Shown one piece after another: positions 10,068-20,126 of a DNA stretch of 64,000 nucleotides. This stretch comes from Candidatus Poribacteria bacterium. Its GTDB lineage: Bacteria; Poribacteria; WGA-4E; PCPOR2b. The stretch covers positions 1,792,001 through 1,856,000 of the forward strand of contig OZ242326.1 in assembly GCA_965208325.1 (NCBI GenBank). The letters are read 5' to 3'. The notes beneath the pieces were generated by a model. That model was given only the letters and a program-made list of their open reading frames with translations. It did no database searches and had not been told where the DNA came from. Each line of letters starts with the position of its first letter. Position 1 is the first letter of the stretch. The position numbers and the translations under genes were made by a program.

Positions 10068-10847
10068 TTGTCGATTGCAAGACAGTGCGAGCTCTTAGGC
10101 TTGCCTAGAGCATCGTTCTATTACACTCCTGTAGGGGAGTCTTCACAAAATCTGCTGTATATGCGTCTGTTAGACGAACAGTACACCAAGACGCCGTGGT
10201 GTGGGGTGCCTAAGTTAACGGATTGGCTTCGTCGTCAAGGATATGTGGTCAATCCGAAACGAGTCGCACGGTTAATGCGGAAGATGGGATTAGTTGCCAT
10301 TTATCCCAAGCCCAAGACCTCCAGAATGGGCAAGCCGTCGAAAGTGTACCCCTATCTGTTGAACGGATTAAGTATTACCAGACCGAACCATGTCTGGGCA
10401 ACTGATATCACCTATATTCGTTTAAGCCATGGCTTTGTTTATCTGGTAGCCATTATGGATTGGTTTTCCCGCTATGTGTTGTCATGGGAACTTTCAAACT
10501 CCCTTGACGTGTTCTTTTGCCTATCGGCGCTGGAACGGGCGCTTGGTAAAGCGAGTCCATTAATATTCAACAACGACCAAGGAAGTCAATTTACTTCCGA
10601 GGCGTTTACTGCTAGACTTGAAGCCTCTGGCATAGCCATTAGTTGGAACGGCAGAGGCCGTTACTTTGACAACATCTTCGTTGAACGACTTTGGCGCAGT
10701 GTTAAGTATGAGGAGGTTTACCTCAACGACTATGACTCAATGAACACGGCTCGGCGCCGCTTGAGACATTATTTCAACTATTACAACCGAGAGCGGTCAC
10801 ATCAATCGCTCGAATACCGTACACCTTACGAGGTGTATTTTCACTAA
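10068..10847 (+). CDS. IS3 transposase OrfB (DDE), probably expressed by -1 frameshift
   Basis: WATDITYI, DQGSQFTS, DNIFVERLWRSVKYE, YYNRERSHQSL. Confidence 0.95.
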   Translation: MSIARQCELLGLPRASFYYTPVGESSQNLLYMRLLDEQYTKTPWCGVPKLTDWLRRQGYVVNPKRVARLMRKMGLVAIYPKPKTSRMGKPSKVYPYLLNGLSITRPNHVWATDITYIRLSHGFVYLVAIMDWFSRYVLSWELSNSLDVFFCLSALERALGKASPLIFNNDQGSQFTSEAFTARLEASGIAISWNGRGRYFDNIFVERLWRSVKYEEVYLNDYDSMNTARRRLRHYFNYYNRERSHQSLEYRTPYEVYFH

Positions 10848-10934
10848 CTTCAGGCGTTGAAAATTGACCAGAATTAGTCAGGTTTTATTACTTAAATCTC
10901 GTTAGTTTCTGTCTAAAGGATGGGGGTAAGTTAT

Positions 10935-11466
10935 TGGAGTGGTTTCTTCATTCTCTATGCAATTTACAGTTGTTCGTGCGTAAATGCTTTAGTAGTTTTT
11001 GTCGTTTCATTCATAAATCGACTCATAGGTAAATTGGCACTTCCTGATAATCGTTATCAGATATGTTTCTTCTTGGTTTCTCGCTATCACAGTCTAGAAT
11101 ACCCTCTAACCCCAAATGTAGTGATTCGATAAGCTCCTCATAAGTATGTTCTTGGCAAACTACGCCCGGAATTTCCTTAATCCAGCCTATCCACCATTTA
11201 TCGTGTTGCTGGATAATGGCGGTATATTCTTTCTGGTTTGTACTTGTCACGCCACGTTCCCCCATGTTAGCTGCTGCGCAATGTTGCAATAATGCCGCAT
11301 TACATGAGCATTTCTACTGTATTCTTTAGTATACTATATATATATCTTTGTAAGTGTCAAATAATTTCTTGTGATCTTTCACCCATCCATTAGATAGTTT
11401 TGAAAAAGATTAAAGGTGGAGATCTGTGCCAATTCAATGCAATCCCGTTATTTCTTCGTTAATAGC
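10935..11466. repeat. 532-bp direct repeat, right copy (5' stub of hicA, hicB, and 3' tip of the WG-repeat gene)
   Basis: Matches 9091-9622 and begins immediately after the IS right end. Confidence 0.95.
11023..11289 (-). CDS. hicB: HicB-family antitoxin, copy 2
   Basis: Near-identical to 9179-9445 (WWIGW instead of WWICW). Confidence 0.85.
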   Translation of the reverse strand: MQHCAAANMGERGVTSTNQKEYTAIIQQHDKWWIGWIKEIPGVVCQEHTYEELIESLHLGLEGILDCDSEKPRRNISDNDYQEVPIYL

Positions 11467-12725
11467 CTTCCACGCGCGTCAATGAATCCCCATTTCCCAT
11501 TTAGTCGAATCGCTGCTAACCCTTCTGAAAAATCGCGGGCCATTTGGTATTTAGGTTCAATGATGTATTTGCCCGTTTTATCGATATATCCCCATTTGCC
11601 GATACTTTCGCCCAGAAGTTCTGCCCATGCATGAGCGGGTTTGCCAGCATTTACTTTTGCCAATCCCTCCGAAAAATCTCCTGCTCCGTTGAACTGGGGC
11701 CTGATTTTTACCGATCCCGTTTTATCAATGTATCCATATTTGTCACCGACTTTAACCCATGCTAATCCTTCAGAGAAACTTCCGGCATCATTAAATTCAG
11801 GGCCAATCACAACCGTCCCTTTTTTGTTGATAAATACATGCCTCCAATCTCCAGTAAAGAACTCATTAGTATTTACGTCCCACATCATACAATGTGCTAA
11901 TCCCTCTGAAAAATTGGACACCAGATTGAACTGCGGCTCAACAGCTATATTTCCGGATTTGTCAATGAATCCCCATAGTGTCGGTTCACCCGTTTCAGCA
12001 GGCGGAGCGATAGCCGCCAAGCCGTCCCGGAAATTCCGTGCGTGATTGAACACAGCTTCAATAACTACGCTGCCTGTCTTATCAATATACCCCCATATGC
12101 GATACCCATCCGCATCCGTCTGTTCCAAAGGCGCAACGCCTTCTGAAAATGATGGAGCGAATACAGACGGAAATTTCGGAACGTCAGTAAGTTCAGACTT
12201 GTCATGAGTTTTCAGATTTTTTTCAACATATCGAGCAAAATTTAAAGGAAACTCAAGACTATCTAACTGGATAACCATTTCACCTTGTTTATTAATATAA
12301 CCGGGCCTGCCATTTTTCGAGACCCAAGCAAGTCCATCTGCGAACGCCTTCGCTGAATCAAATTGAGGAGTGATTGCTATAACGCCTTGCTTATTCACGT
12401 ACCCGTACTTTCCGTTAAGAACAACAACAGCTAACCCCCCAGAAAATGAAATTGCACTGGCGCCATCCCATTTCGCCAAGGAAGGATCTGGCAATTCAAA
12501 CTTGGGACTGATAACTGTCCGACCTGTCGTGTCTATGTATCCGTATTTGTTATCAACGACAATAACAGCTAAACCCTCAGAAAAAGTACCTGCCTCATCG
12601 AACCATAACCCATCACCCAGATTAAAGGCACCGTAAAGGAACGCCGTAAACAGGAAAACTGAGCATAATGTCCATAAATATTTCATTCGGTAGAGCTTCG
12701 GACGCGGTGCAATATTTAAGCGCAT
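11448..12725 (-). CDS. WG-repeat (KWG-type) secreted protein
   Basis: About 9 repeats of FSEGLA-x-V...K(W/Y)G(Y/F)IDKTG. N-terminal hydrophobic signal. Confidence 0.93.
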   Translation of the reverse strand: MRLNIAPRPKLYRMKYLWTLCSVFLFTAFLYGAFNLGDGLWFDEAGTFSEGLAVIVVDNKYGYIDTTGRTVISPKFELPDPSLAKWDGASAISFSGGLAVVVLNGKYGYVNKQGVIAITPQFDSAKAFADGLAWVSKNGRPGYINKQGEMVIQLDSLEFPLNFARYVEKNLKTHDKSELTDVPKFPSVFAPSFSEGVAPLEQTDADGYRIWGYIDKTGSVVIEAVFNHARNFRDGLAAIAPPAETGEPTLWGFIDKSGNIAVEPQFNLVSNFSEGLAHCMMWDVNTNEFFTGDWRHVFINKKGTVVIGPEFNDAGSFSEGLAWVKVGDKYGYIDKTGSVKIRPQFNGAGDFSEGLAKVNAGKPAHAWAELLGESIGKWGYIDKTGKYIIEPKYQMARDFSEGLAAIRLNGKWGFIDARGRLLTKK

Positions 12726-12912
12726 AATCTGCCTCCAAATCGAATTGTTATATACAATTTTCGGTTAACTTAATTTCAATTGAGACCTGTCCTATTGACT
12801 CTAACGCCATTAGACACCTTACCTAATTAACTCAATGTGGTTGACAATACTGATGCGACATCCGACTCTGGAATTATTTTGGAAAGTTGCCAAATACGTT
12901 TTCTAAACACGC

Positions 12913-13189
12913 CTGAAAAAACTATCATTGATTTAACGAACGAAGATTCGCTCTGGGGCTTTGGCTTGTGACTGCTGATGCGGCGTTAAGGGCAGGCACA
13001 AGACCTGCCCTTACATAATCCTTGCAGGGGCAACCACAAGGGTTGCCCCTACAGCGTATTAGCCAAATGTGAGAGTAGTCCTTTTTCACCTGCCGCCCCG
13101 CTGGGGCTAGATGTTGATGTGTAACAGTGATTTCTATTTTTCTGAAAAAACTATCTTCGATTTGACGATCGAAGATCCCGTCTGGGGCT
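12913..13189. repeat. Two degenerate 48-bp direct repeats enclosing REP-like hairpins
   Basis: CTGAAAAAACTATC...GAAGAT...CTGGGGCT at 12913 and 13142. Hairpins GGGCAGG-CACAAGA-CCTGCCC-TTAC and GGGGCAACC-ACAAG-GGTTGCCCC-TAC lie between them. Confidence 0.7.
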
Positions 13190-13834
13190 ATCGGGCGGCG
13201 GAATTATTTTGGAAAGGTGTCTGTTGTAAGGTACATGCCTTACGTCAAGATTAGGGTTTAGATGGCAAATTCTTTGTCGTCTTTGATTGAAAGCCGCGGT
13301 TAACGACCTACTACGCTCATTTTACAACGTGTTCTCTACGGCTTAACACCTCGGTCGTTTCGCGGTTTATCCTTCAGGCGATACAGATTTCGGAGTCACT
13401 TGTGATACCGGTTTCTTTTGCCGCATTATCAGTAGGCGACGTAGAACCATATTTGCATCGTTACTCGTGCAGGGTGATAAATCACTAAAATTTCCAGGCT
13501 GGATTGTTCGAATGAGTTACGAATGTCGTCCACATCGTCGCAAGTATTAAAACGATACACTCTATTGCTATCCGGAGTTCCGATCGGACGTTGCGTGCGA
13601 GTCTGCTTCGCTTGATTGAGCAATAAACCAACGTCCCCATAACAATTTGGATTCACAACACCGGGTTCGGTGCAAGTAACATCGGGTTAATAATTGGTTT
13701 TAAGGAATCTGATATAAACACCAAAACACCCAATTGGATTACTACGGTTGACAAAAATCACAAACATAGTAGCGGGCAGATAGCTTCAAGCCAAAAAATC
13801 AAACCGCGCCCAACTTAATATGTAAACAAAATAC

Positions 13835-14050
13835 CTACTGCGATCGAGGCATAACGCCTGACATGGGTCGCCCCTTGTGCATTCTAGGTAACGGTCTTGA
13901 ACGTTTTTTGCGTAACTGTCCGAATAACATCATTACCCCGTCAAATAGATAACTTAACATTAGGGCAATCGTCAAAGACATCGCATAAACAATCACGAGG
14001 TGAATAAGGCTGCGCATTTTCCAGTCCCCAAATTTAATTCCGAGAGTCAA
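13835..14050 (-). CDS. Small putative membrane protein
   Basis: One hydrophobic stretch followed by a basic tail. No family recognised. Confidence 0.3.
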   Translation of the reverse strand: MTLGIKFGDWKMRSLIHLVIVYAMSLTIALMLSYLFDGVMMLFGQLRKKRSRPLPRMHKGRPMSGVMPRSQ

Positions 14051-15153
14051 AAGTTAGTCGAAATAGTCGTTGTAGCTAGGCCCGTCGTCCATAGCCACTA
14101 GAATCAATCCAATCACCGCCCCAATCGCCAGCGCCGCTAAAATCGCGGCGTCCTCTTTAGGGTCATTGAGAAACCTTTTTGGACTTTATCGTTATAAAGA
14201 ACGGCGCGTGTCCTTCGATCTGAAGTGTTATATGATGGAAATCATCACGAACAAGTTTTACTATCGCGGGGTGTATCCATCATATATAATATATGGCGGC
14301 GGTACTAGGGCAACAGGAGGTTCGGTGAAAACAAGAAGCATCAAAAACTTCACCGTAGACAGTGTCCCTGAGTTCACTAAGCTCAGGTTGAATGACACAA
14401 TCTGATACCTAACCCTAGCACCGCCATGGGTTTTATTGGTGACGGAAACAGAACGTGGAGGCGCGATAAAATAATCAAAAATTTGCTGCCACTTTAATAA
14501 TGAAGTCGCCCAGCTCCTCAACTGAGCACGTTGACCTTATTAGCTTGATTGTCCTACTTACGCCATTTATTAGTGTTAGTGGGAATTCCTCCAGTCCGTG
14601 AATACATTGTCAAAACGGCGTTGAAGGCGCCAGCTGAATATCGCAAAATCTTGCTTTCGGCCGCCTACAACTGCGGCGCAACCTGTAACGATATGAACCA
14701 AGGCCAATAAACTGACTGTTTGAATAAATTTCATAGCGCTGCTTTCTTTGTAATTCGCCATTCATCGGCTTCCGCGTATTTAATACGCATCAGTTTTCTT
14801 GCCGCAGTTCCATTACGTATTCGCTGGCATTTTTCTTTTTCACGGTTGCACTCCTACAAAAATACGAGCATTTCGTGAAAAAAACTAGCTGAACGTACAG
14901 CCTTGGGTATTCCCCTAAATCCAAAAGAGAAAACTAGAATCCGTCCATTATATGTTAATATATCATAATGATCGTATGTTAAGTATAATATGTTAGTATG
15001 GAAATGTCAAGTTTTTTTGTTAGCAACAATAATCGAATTATCTTTACCGGATTCGGAGGAATTTAATGTATATCTGGTGTTTTTTGATAAAGTCTCCGAA
15101 TCAGGATTAGGCGGGATGTCTGAATCGCGTCGAAACGGCAGGGCGAAGTTCTT

Positions 15154-15380
15154 GTAGGTTGGGTAGAGCCAAAATAGTAATTTCCACGCTCCAATATACG
15201 GCGAAATTTCACAGTAAGGTTTTCCACTATTTTGGGTAAAAACAGATAAGTATACAGTCCCAGACTGCCTTCTACGGCTGTCGTATCGCAGTTTTCTGTC
15301 CGGTTCGGCGTCAATTTACTGTGAAAACTGTGAAATGAAAAATGTTACCTGGTAAGAATTCTTGTAGGTTGGGTAGAGCC
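15154..15380 (+). repeat. Two further GTAGGTTGGGTAGAGCC REP copies, 210 bp apart
   Basis: Identical 17-mers at 15154 and 15364. Same family as 3769/4075. Confidence 0.85.
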
Positions 15381-15481
15381 GAAGGTGTATCCCAGCGCTT
15401 TTACTACGAGGCCCCCTCTCGCTCACCCTTGGCAAGGGGGAAAATCATCGTGTGATTCGCGTGAACAGAATTTGATATATG

Positions 15482-15576
15482 GTCATTTAGGTTCATGTTT
15501 ACGCAAGGAGGGAGCGACTGATTGATTATCGAGGCTAGGAAGCCTCTCCCACAAACCAATGAGTAGAAGAATAATT
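15482..15576 (-). repeat. 95-bp dispersed element with a GTGG-type REP core (partner 59837-59931)
   Basis: Shares GACTGATTGAT..TC.AGGCTAGGAAGCCTCTCCCACAAACCAATG with the second copy. Confidence 0.85.
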
Positions 15577-15640
15577 CCAATTTCGTCAGGTTGAATTGCG
15601 GCTTGGGTTTGCAGCTTGGCGGGTAGGTTGAGAATTGGAC

Positions 15641-17440
15641 TCAGGCGATTTCTTGGCCCTTGTATTGAAGCTGATAGAGCCGATAATAGATGCCTTGCCG
15701 TTTAAGCAGTTCGGTGTGCGTGCCAATTTCGCGGATTTTGCCCCGGTGCATGACGAGAATTTTGTCCGCATTCTGGATGGTTGACAACCTGTGGGCAACA
15801 ACGATGGATGTCCGGTTTGCCATGAGACGTTTGATCCCGTCTTGGATTAAACGTTCAGTTTCAGTGTCTACACTTGATGTAGCTTCGTCGAGGATGAGAA
15901 TGTCGGGATTATACGCCAAGGCGCGGGCGAAAGCGACGAGCTGTTTTTGACCCACGGAGAGTGCGCTGCCGCCCTCTTTGACCTCGGTGGCATATCCGTC
16001 CGGCATTTTTTGAACGAAGGGGTCAAGATGTACGTCTTTTGCTGCGGCGACCGCTTGATCCGGCGTTATATCCTCGGCGCCGAGGCGTAGGTTATTGTCA
16101 ACTGTGTCTGAAAACAGAAAGATGTTTTGTTGAACGATACTGATGGCGCGGCGCAGGTCATATAGTCTCAGATCTCGGATTTCTACCCCATCAATTAAAA
16201 TTCTCCCGCGGTTGACCTCGTAGAAACGGCACAGTAGGTTGATAATCGAGGTCTTGCCGGAGCCGGTTTGACCGACGATTGCGACCGTTTCGCCGGGGTT
16301 GATTTTGAAGGAGATATCGCGAAGGACATAGTTATCACCTTCATAAGCAAACCAGACATTTTGAAATTCAATTTCGCCTTTCACGGCTTCCAACCCTTTT
16401 GGTTCATCCGCATTGCAAATTGCCGGCCGCCTATCCAAGAGGTCGAAGATTCTTTCGGACGACGCCATCGCGGATTGAAAAATCGTATATTGTTCGCTTA
16501 ACTCGCGGATGGGCCAGAACAGGCGTTGACCGTATTGGATGAAGGCGACTAAATCGCCGAATGTCACCAAGCCCTTCAGGATTTGCACGCCGCCGTACCA
16601 GACGATAATTGCGGTGCCTAGTGATCCGGCGACCTCAATCAACGGGAAGAAAATCGAGAAGTAGAATACACTGCGCAGTCCCGCCTGCAAGTAAGCCTGA
16701 TTGCGCTGATCGAATTTTAAGAAGTTCCGCCGCTCTTGGGCGAACAACTGGACTGTCGTCATGCCAACGATATTTTCTTGTAGAAAGGCGTTGATGCGTG
16801 CCAGATATTTTCGCTGATCACGAAAGGCGCGGCGCGAATAAATTTGATAAACCGTCGTGGCGCCAAAAATAATCGGGAACACTACGAACATCGCCAAGGC
16901 AAGTTTCCAGTTCATGTACAGCATTATCACCATAATGCCGACGATTTTAATTATATTGGTGAAGACCGTGATAACCCCTGACGTGAACAGCTCATTGAGT
17001 ACCTGGACATCGCCCATCACGCGTGTCATGAGACGCCCGACGGGGTTGCGGTCGAAGAAGGCGACCTCCAACTTCTGGAGATGTGAGAATATCCCCATAC
17101 GCATGTCATACATAACCCGCTGCCCTAACATTTGCAACCGGTATTCTTCAAAATAGCTGAAAACCATGTCTGCCAACATCGCGAGAATCATGAGAAGTGC
17201 AATCCCGCTCAAACCGTCTAGCGACCCGACTTTTATGTAGTGGTCAATGCCATACCCCATAAGCAGGGGACCCGCCAATTGCCCACACGTGCTTCCGAGG
17301 TTTAGGAGCAAGATTAACACGACTTGAAGCCGGTACGGCTTCATGTAGGCGTAGAGTCGTTTAATCAACACGCGATCGTAGATTTTGCCGAGGTCGTCCT
17401 CTTCTTTGCTGTAATCGTGAAGATCTTCGCCGTGAAACAC
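15641..17440 (-). CDS. ABC exporter, fused permease/ATPase (MsbA/MdlB-like)
   Basis: Six TM segments, Walker A GQTGSGKT, signature LSVGQKQ, Walker B ILILDEATS, AHRLST. Confidence 0.96.
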   Translation of the reverse strand: MFHGEDLHDYSKEEDDLGKIYDRVLIKRLYAYMKPYRLQVVLILLLNLGSTCGQLAGPLLMGYGIDHYIKVGSLDGLSGIALLMILAMLADMVFSYFEEYRLQMLGQRVMYDMRMGIFSHLQKLEVAFFDRNPVGRLMTRVMGDVQVLNELFTSGVITVFTNIIKIVGIMVIMLYMNWKLALAMFVVFPIIFGATTVYQIYSRRAFRDQRKYLARINAFLQENIVGMTTVQLFAQERRNFLKFDQRNQAYLQAGLRSVFYFSIFFPLIEVAGSLGTAIIVWYGGVQILKGLVTFGDLVAFIQYGQRLFWPIRELSEQYTIFQSAMASSERIFDLLDRRPAICNADEPKGLEAVKGEIEFQNVWFAYEGDNYVLRDISFKINPGETVAIVGQTGSGKTSIINLLCRFYEVNRGRILIDGVEIRDLRLYDLRRAISIVQQNIFLFSDTVDNNLRLGAEDITPDQAVAAAKDVHLDPFVQKMPDGYATEVKEGGSALSVGQKQLVAFARALAYNPDILILDEATSSVDTETERLIQDGIKRLMANRTSIVVAHRLSTIQNADKILVMHRGKIREIGTHTELLKRQGIYYRLYQLQYKGQEIA

Positions 17441-17462
17441 GGGTTACGCCTCCCAATAAAAT

Positions 17463-18266
17463 TCAAGTGCGGTTAATGCGGTGTTCATGGAAATAGAAGT
17501 GGTTTGTTGGACCCTGACCGCGCCCAATATCAAGAGAATACCGGATAGCATTTGTAATATAATCCTTCGCAGCGTCTATAGCGTCAATCAGGTCTTTGCC
17601 CTGTCCGAGCTGGGCAGCAATGGCAGCGGAATATGTGCATCCGGTGCCGTGCGTATTTTTTGTTTCAATGCGATCGGCTTCAAAAATGGTAAACTCGCCG
17701 TCGGATAACAAGACATCCGACGCACGCTTATCGGCAAGGTGACCGCCTTTTACCAGCACGCCTCCGCACCCGCAAGCCGATATTTTCTTCGCAGCTCGCT
17801 TTGCGTCCGCTATCGTGTTAATTTCACAATTTGCGAGCAGTTGGGCTTCGTCAACGTTAGGGGTAATCACCGTTGCCAGCGGCATCAGTTCGGAATATAG
17901 GCTATTCACCGCATCCGGATTGAGGAGGGGGAACTTGCATTTCGAAAGCATGACCGGATCGACGACGACGTTCATCGGTGAATAACGGCGTAATTTCTTG
18001 GCGACAGCCTGAACAATTGCCGGGGAAGACAACATGCCGGTTTTTAGGGCTGCTACGTCGAAGTCTGAAAAGACGGCATCGATTTGCGCACCAATTATGT
18101 CGGTGGGCAGGTCAAAGGCGCGAATCACTTCTTTTGTGTTCTGTGCCGTGATTGAGGTAATGACGGACAGCCCGAAACCGCCATTGGCGTGGATGGCTTT
18201 AATATCGGCTTGAATGCCCGCGCCGCCTCCAGAATCAGAGCCGGCAATTGTCAAGATTTGTTTCAT
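17463..18266 (-). CDS. thiD: Hydroxymethylpyrimidine/phosphomethylpyrimidine kinase
   Basis: LTIAGSDSGGGAGIQADIK, KTGML, VVDPVM, THGTGCTYSAAIAA. Confidence 0.97.
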   Translation of the reverse strand: MKQILTIAGSDSGGGAGIQADIKAIHANGGFGLSVITSITAQNTKEVIRAFDLPTDIIGAQIDAVFSDFDVAALKTGMLSSPAIVQAVAKKLRRYSPMNVVVDPVMLSKCKFPLLNPDAVNSLYSELMPLATVITPNVDEAQLLANCEINTIADAKRAAKKISACGCGGVLVKGGHLADKRASDVLLSDGEFTIFEADRIETKNTHGTGCTYSAAIAAQLGQGKDLIDAIDAAKDYITNAIRYSLDIGRGQGPTNHFYFHEHRINRT

Positions 18267-18268
18267 CG

Positions 18269-18940
18269 CTAAGCGCCTACATTATCTTGGACACGATTGA
18301 GCTGCCGAAGATATGCTCGTGCGTTCTGAATCCCGGTTTTGGCGGACATGACGCTGGACATCACCGCAACTCCATGCGCCCCGGCACCAATACACTCCGG
18401 AACCCGTTCGGGTGTTATACCGCCCAATGCGAAAACGGGAATTTCCACGCTTGCTGCAACTTTCCGGAGTTTTTCTAATCCAACAGCCGGGCCGTATCCA
18501 GGCTTGCTTGCTGTCGGGAAGATGGGGCTATAGGTCAAGAAATCCGCTCCTTCCAGTTCCCTCGTCCGCGCTTCATCACGGCTATGGACCGAACAACCTA
18601 CAATGAGCCGGTTATCCGATTGCGGGACGACCTTCTCAACGGACGCTGAATCCCCGGGCAGGTGCACACCATTCGCCCCTAGTTCGGCTGCAATTGCCGT
18701 GCGTGAGTTAATGAAGAGTTGAGCGGCATAGGTTCGGCAAAGCTTGGCGGTCGGTTTTGCTAAATTGATGAATTCGACATCGCTCAAGTCTTTTTCCCGA
18801 AATTGAATGGCGGACACTCCCGCATCCAAGAGGTCATGGATTACGTCGTACAGTAAACGCGGGGAACAGCGAAACCTGTCCGTGATGATGTACAGCCTGA
18901 ATGGTATCACGCTTCGTACCGAATCTAAAGCTGACTCCAA
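18269..18940 (-). CDS. thiE: Thiamine-phosphate synthase (ThiE/TenI family)
   Basis: LYIITD, IQFREKD, GVHLP, GCSVHS, PIFPTASK, VFALGGIT. Adjacent to thiD. Confidence 0.88.
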   Translation of the reverse strand: MESALDSVRSVIPFRLYIITDRFRCSPRLLYDVIHDLLDAGVSAIQFREKDLSDVEFINLAKPTAKLCRTYAAQLFINSRTAIAAELGANGVHLPGDSASVEKVVPQSDNRLIVGCSVHSRDEARTRELEGADFLTYSPIFPTASKPGYGPAVGLEKLRKVAASVEIPVFALGGITPERVPECIGAGAHGVAVMSSVMSAKTGIQNARAYLRQLNRVQDNVGA

Positions 18941-19971
18941 TCGAATACAACACCTAGATAGGTGTCCTTCCGTTCGTGCAGGCCTAGGTAGGCGTTTTGG
19001 CAGGCCGTGGGCGAAAGCAGGTGTGTCAACAGCAGATCCGTCTTGAGGGCGCCGGATTCAATCCAACCGAGAATCTGCTGATAGTTGCGCGTGATACTAT
19101 GCCCTGAATCACCGGTATCGGGGATGGTATAAAGCCATTCAAGCGCGCCAATTAGTCGAATACCCAGCAAGTGGATTCGGCTCAACATAGGTGTGACATC
19201 CATTGTGACACGCGCACGCGGGCTCCCCAGCAGAATAACCTCACCCTTTCGCCGTGTCATCTGAACCGCTTGCGCGGCGAGTTCCGACTTGCCGATGGCT
19301 TCAACGCTGATGTCTGCGCCGCGCCCAGCGGTCCAATCCATCACGGCACCTTCCATTTGAGTATCCCCGGAATTTATTGCGTTTGCGATGCCGCACTGTT
19401 CGGCAACTTTTATCCGAAAGTCTGACAGATCGACCCCCATTACCTCGGCACCGGCAAGCCTAAAAAGTTGCGCAGCGAAATTCCCTACTAGACCGAGTCC
19501 GATGACGAGCACCTTGTCCCCCGGGGAAACGGACGCGGCGCGCAACGCGGTGATTGCCACGCCTGCCATCCGCGTGAAAACGGCTTTTTTCCCATCAAGT
19601 TTGGACGGCGTCTTCAGGCAAAACCGCCGCGCATCCACCTTGACATGAGAGGCGTGATTGGAAAAACTCAGGACGCGATCTCCCGCACGAAGGTCGCCGC
19701 AGTTATCGCCCAAGGCGATAATTTCTCCGTAATTTCCATACCCCGTCTGCATGGGGTAGGAAAAGGGCCGGTCTCCTAAAGCGGGGTGTTCTGCCTCCAG
19801 ACCGGAATAGTGCGCCCCCTCTGTACCCGCGCTAATGATGGAATACACAGTTTTAACAAGAACCTGACCGTTACCGAGTTCTTCATCGCGTCTAAACGGC
19901 TCCAATACCGCCTGTAACGGCGCTGTGAACGTTACCCGATGCCCTTCCTGCATGTGTGGCTCCGAACCCAT
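18925..19971 (-). CDS. MDR-family (zinc-binding alcohol dehydrogenase-like) oxidoreductase
   Basis: YSIISAGTE, GYGNYG and Rossmann GLGLVG motifs. Confidence 0.9.
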   Translation of the reverse strand: MGSEPHMQEGHRVTFTAPLQAVLEPFRRDEELGNGQVLVKTVYSIISAGTEGAHYSGLEAEHPALGDRPFSYPMQTGYGNYGEIIALGDNCGDLRAGDRVLSFSNHASHVKVDARRFCLKTPSKLDGKKAVFTRMAGVAITALRAASVSPGDKVLVIGLGLVGNFAAQLFRLAGAEVMGVDLSDFRIKVAEQCGIANAINSGDTQMEGAVMDWTAGRGADISVEAIGKSELAAQAVQMTRRKGEVILLGSPRARVTMDVTPMLSRIHLLGIRLIGALEWLYTIPDTGDSGHSITRNYQQILGWIESGALKTDLLLTHLLSPTACQNAYLGLHERKDTYLGVVFDWSQL

Positions 19972-19972
19972 T

Positions 19973-20053
19973 AAGAAACCGAGTTTTGAAGAAAAAACTC
20001 GGTTTCAAGGACTACTGAAGAAACCGGGGTTTGGGGAAAAACTCGGTTTCAAG
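19973..20053. repeat. Two tandem palindromic repeats of about 37 bp
   Basis: GAAACCGAGTTTT-GAAGAA-AAAACTCGGTTTC and GAAACCGGGGTTT-GGGGA-AAAACTCGGTTTC. Confidence 0.8.
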
Positions 20054-20126
20054 TACCTCATTCTGCTCCGTTGGAACGCAAGAACAATACTGTTGCGTGT
20101 GTCTGCATTCTACTTTGCCATTACAT

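Larger units (their letters stand above)
9623..10933 (+). mobile_element. IS3-family insertion sequence
   Basis: Imperfect terminal inverted repeats TGTAATTACCCCCAAAAACTAGACA / TGTCTAAAGGATGGGGGTAAGTTA. orfA-orfB layout. A9 slippery run at 10005-10013. Confidence 0.95.

Noticed and set aside
19972..20126. TPP riboswitch ahead of the thiE/thiD-containing run
   Set aside because: No CTGAGA...CCTGA...AGCGTAGG-like core found by eye on the minus strand.
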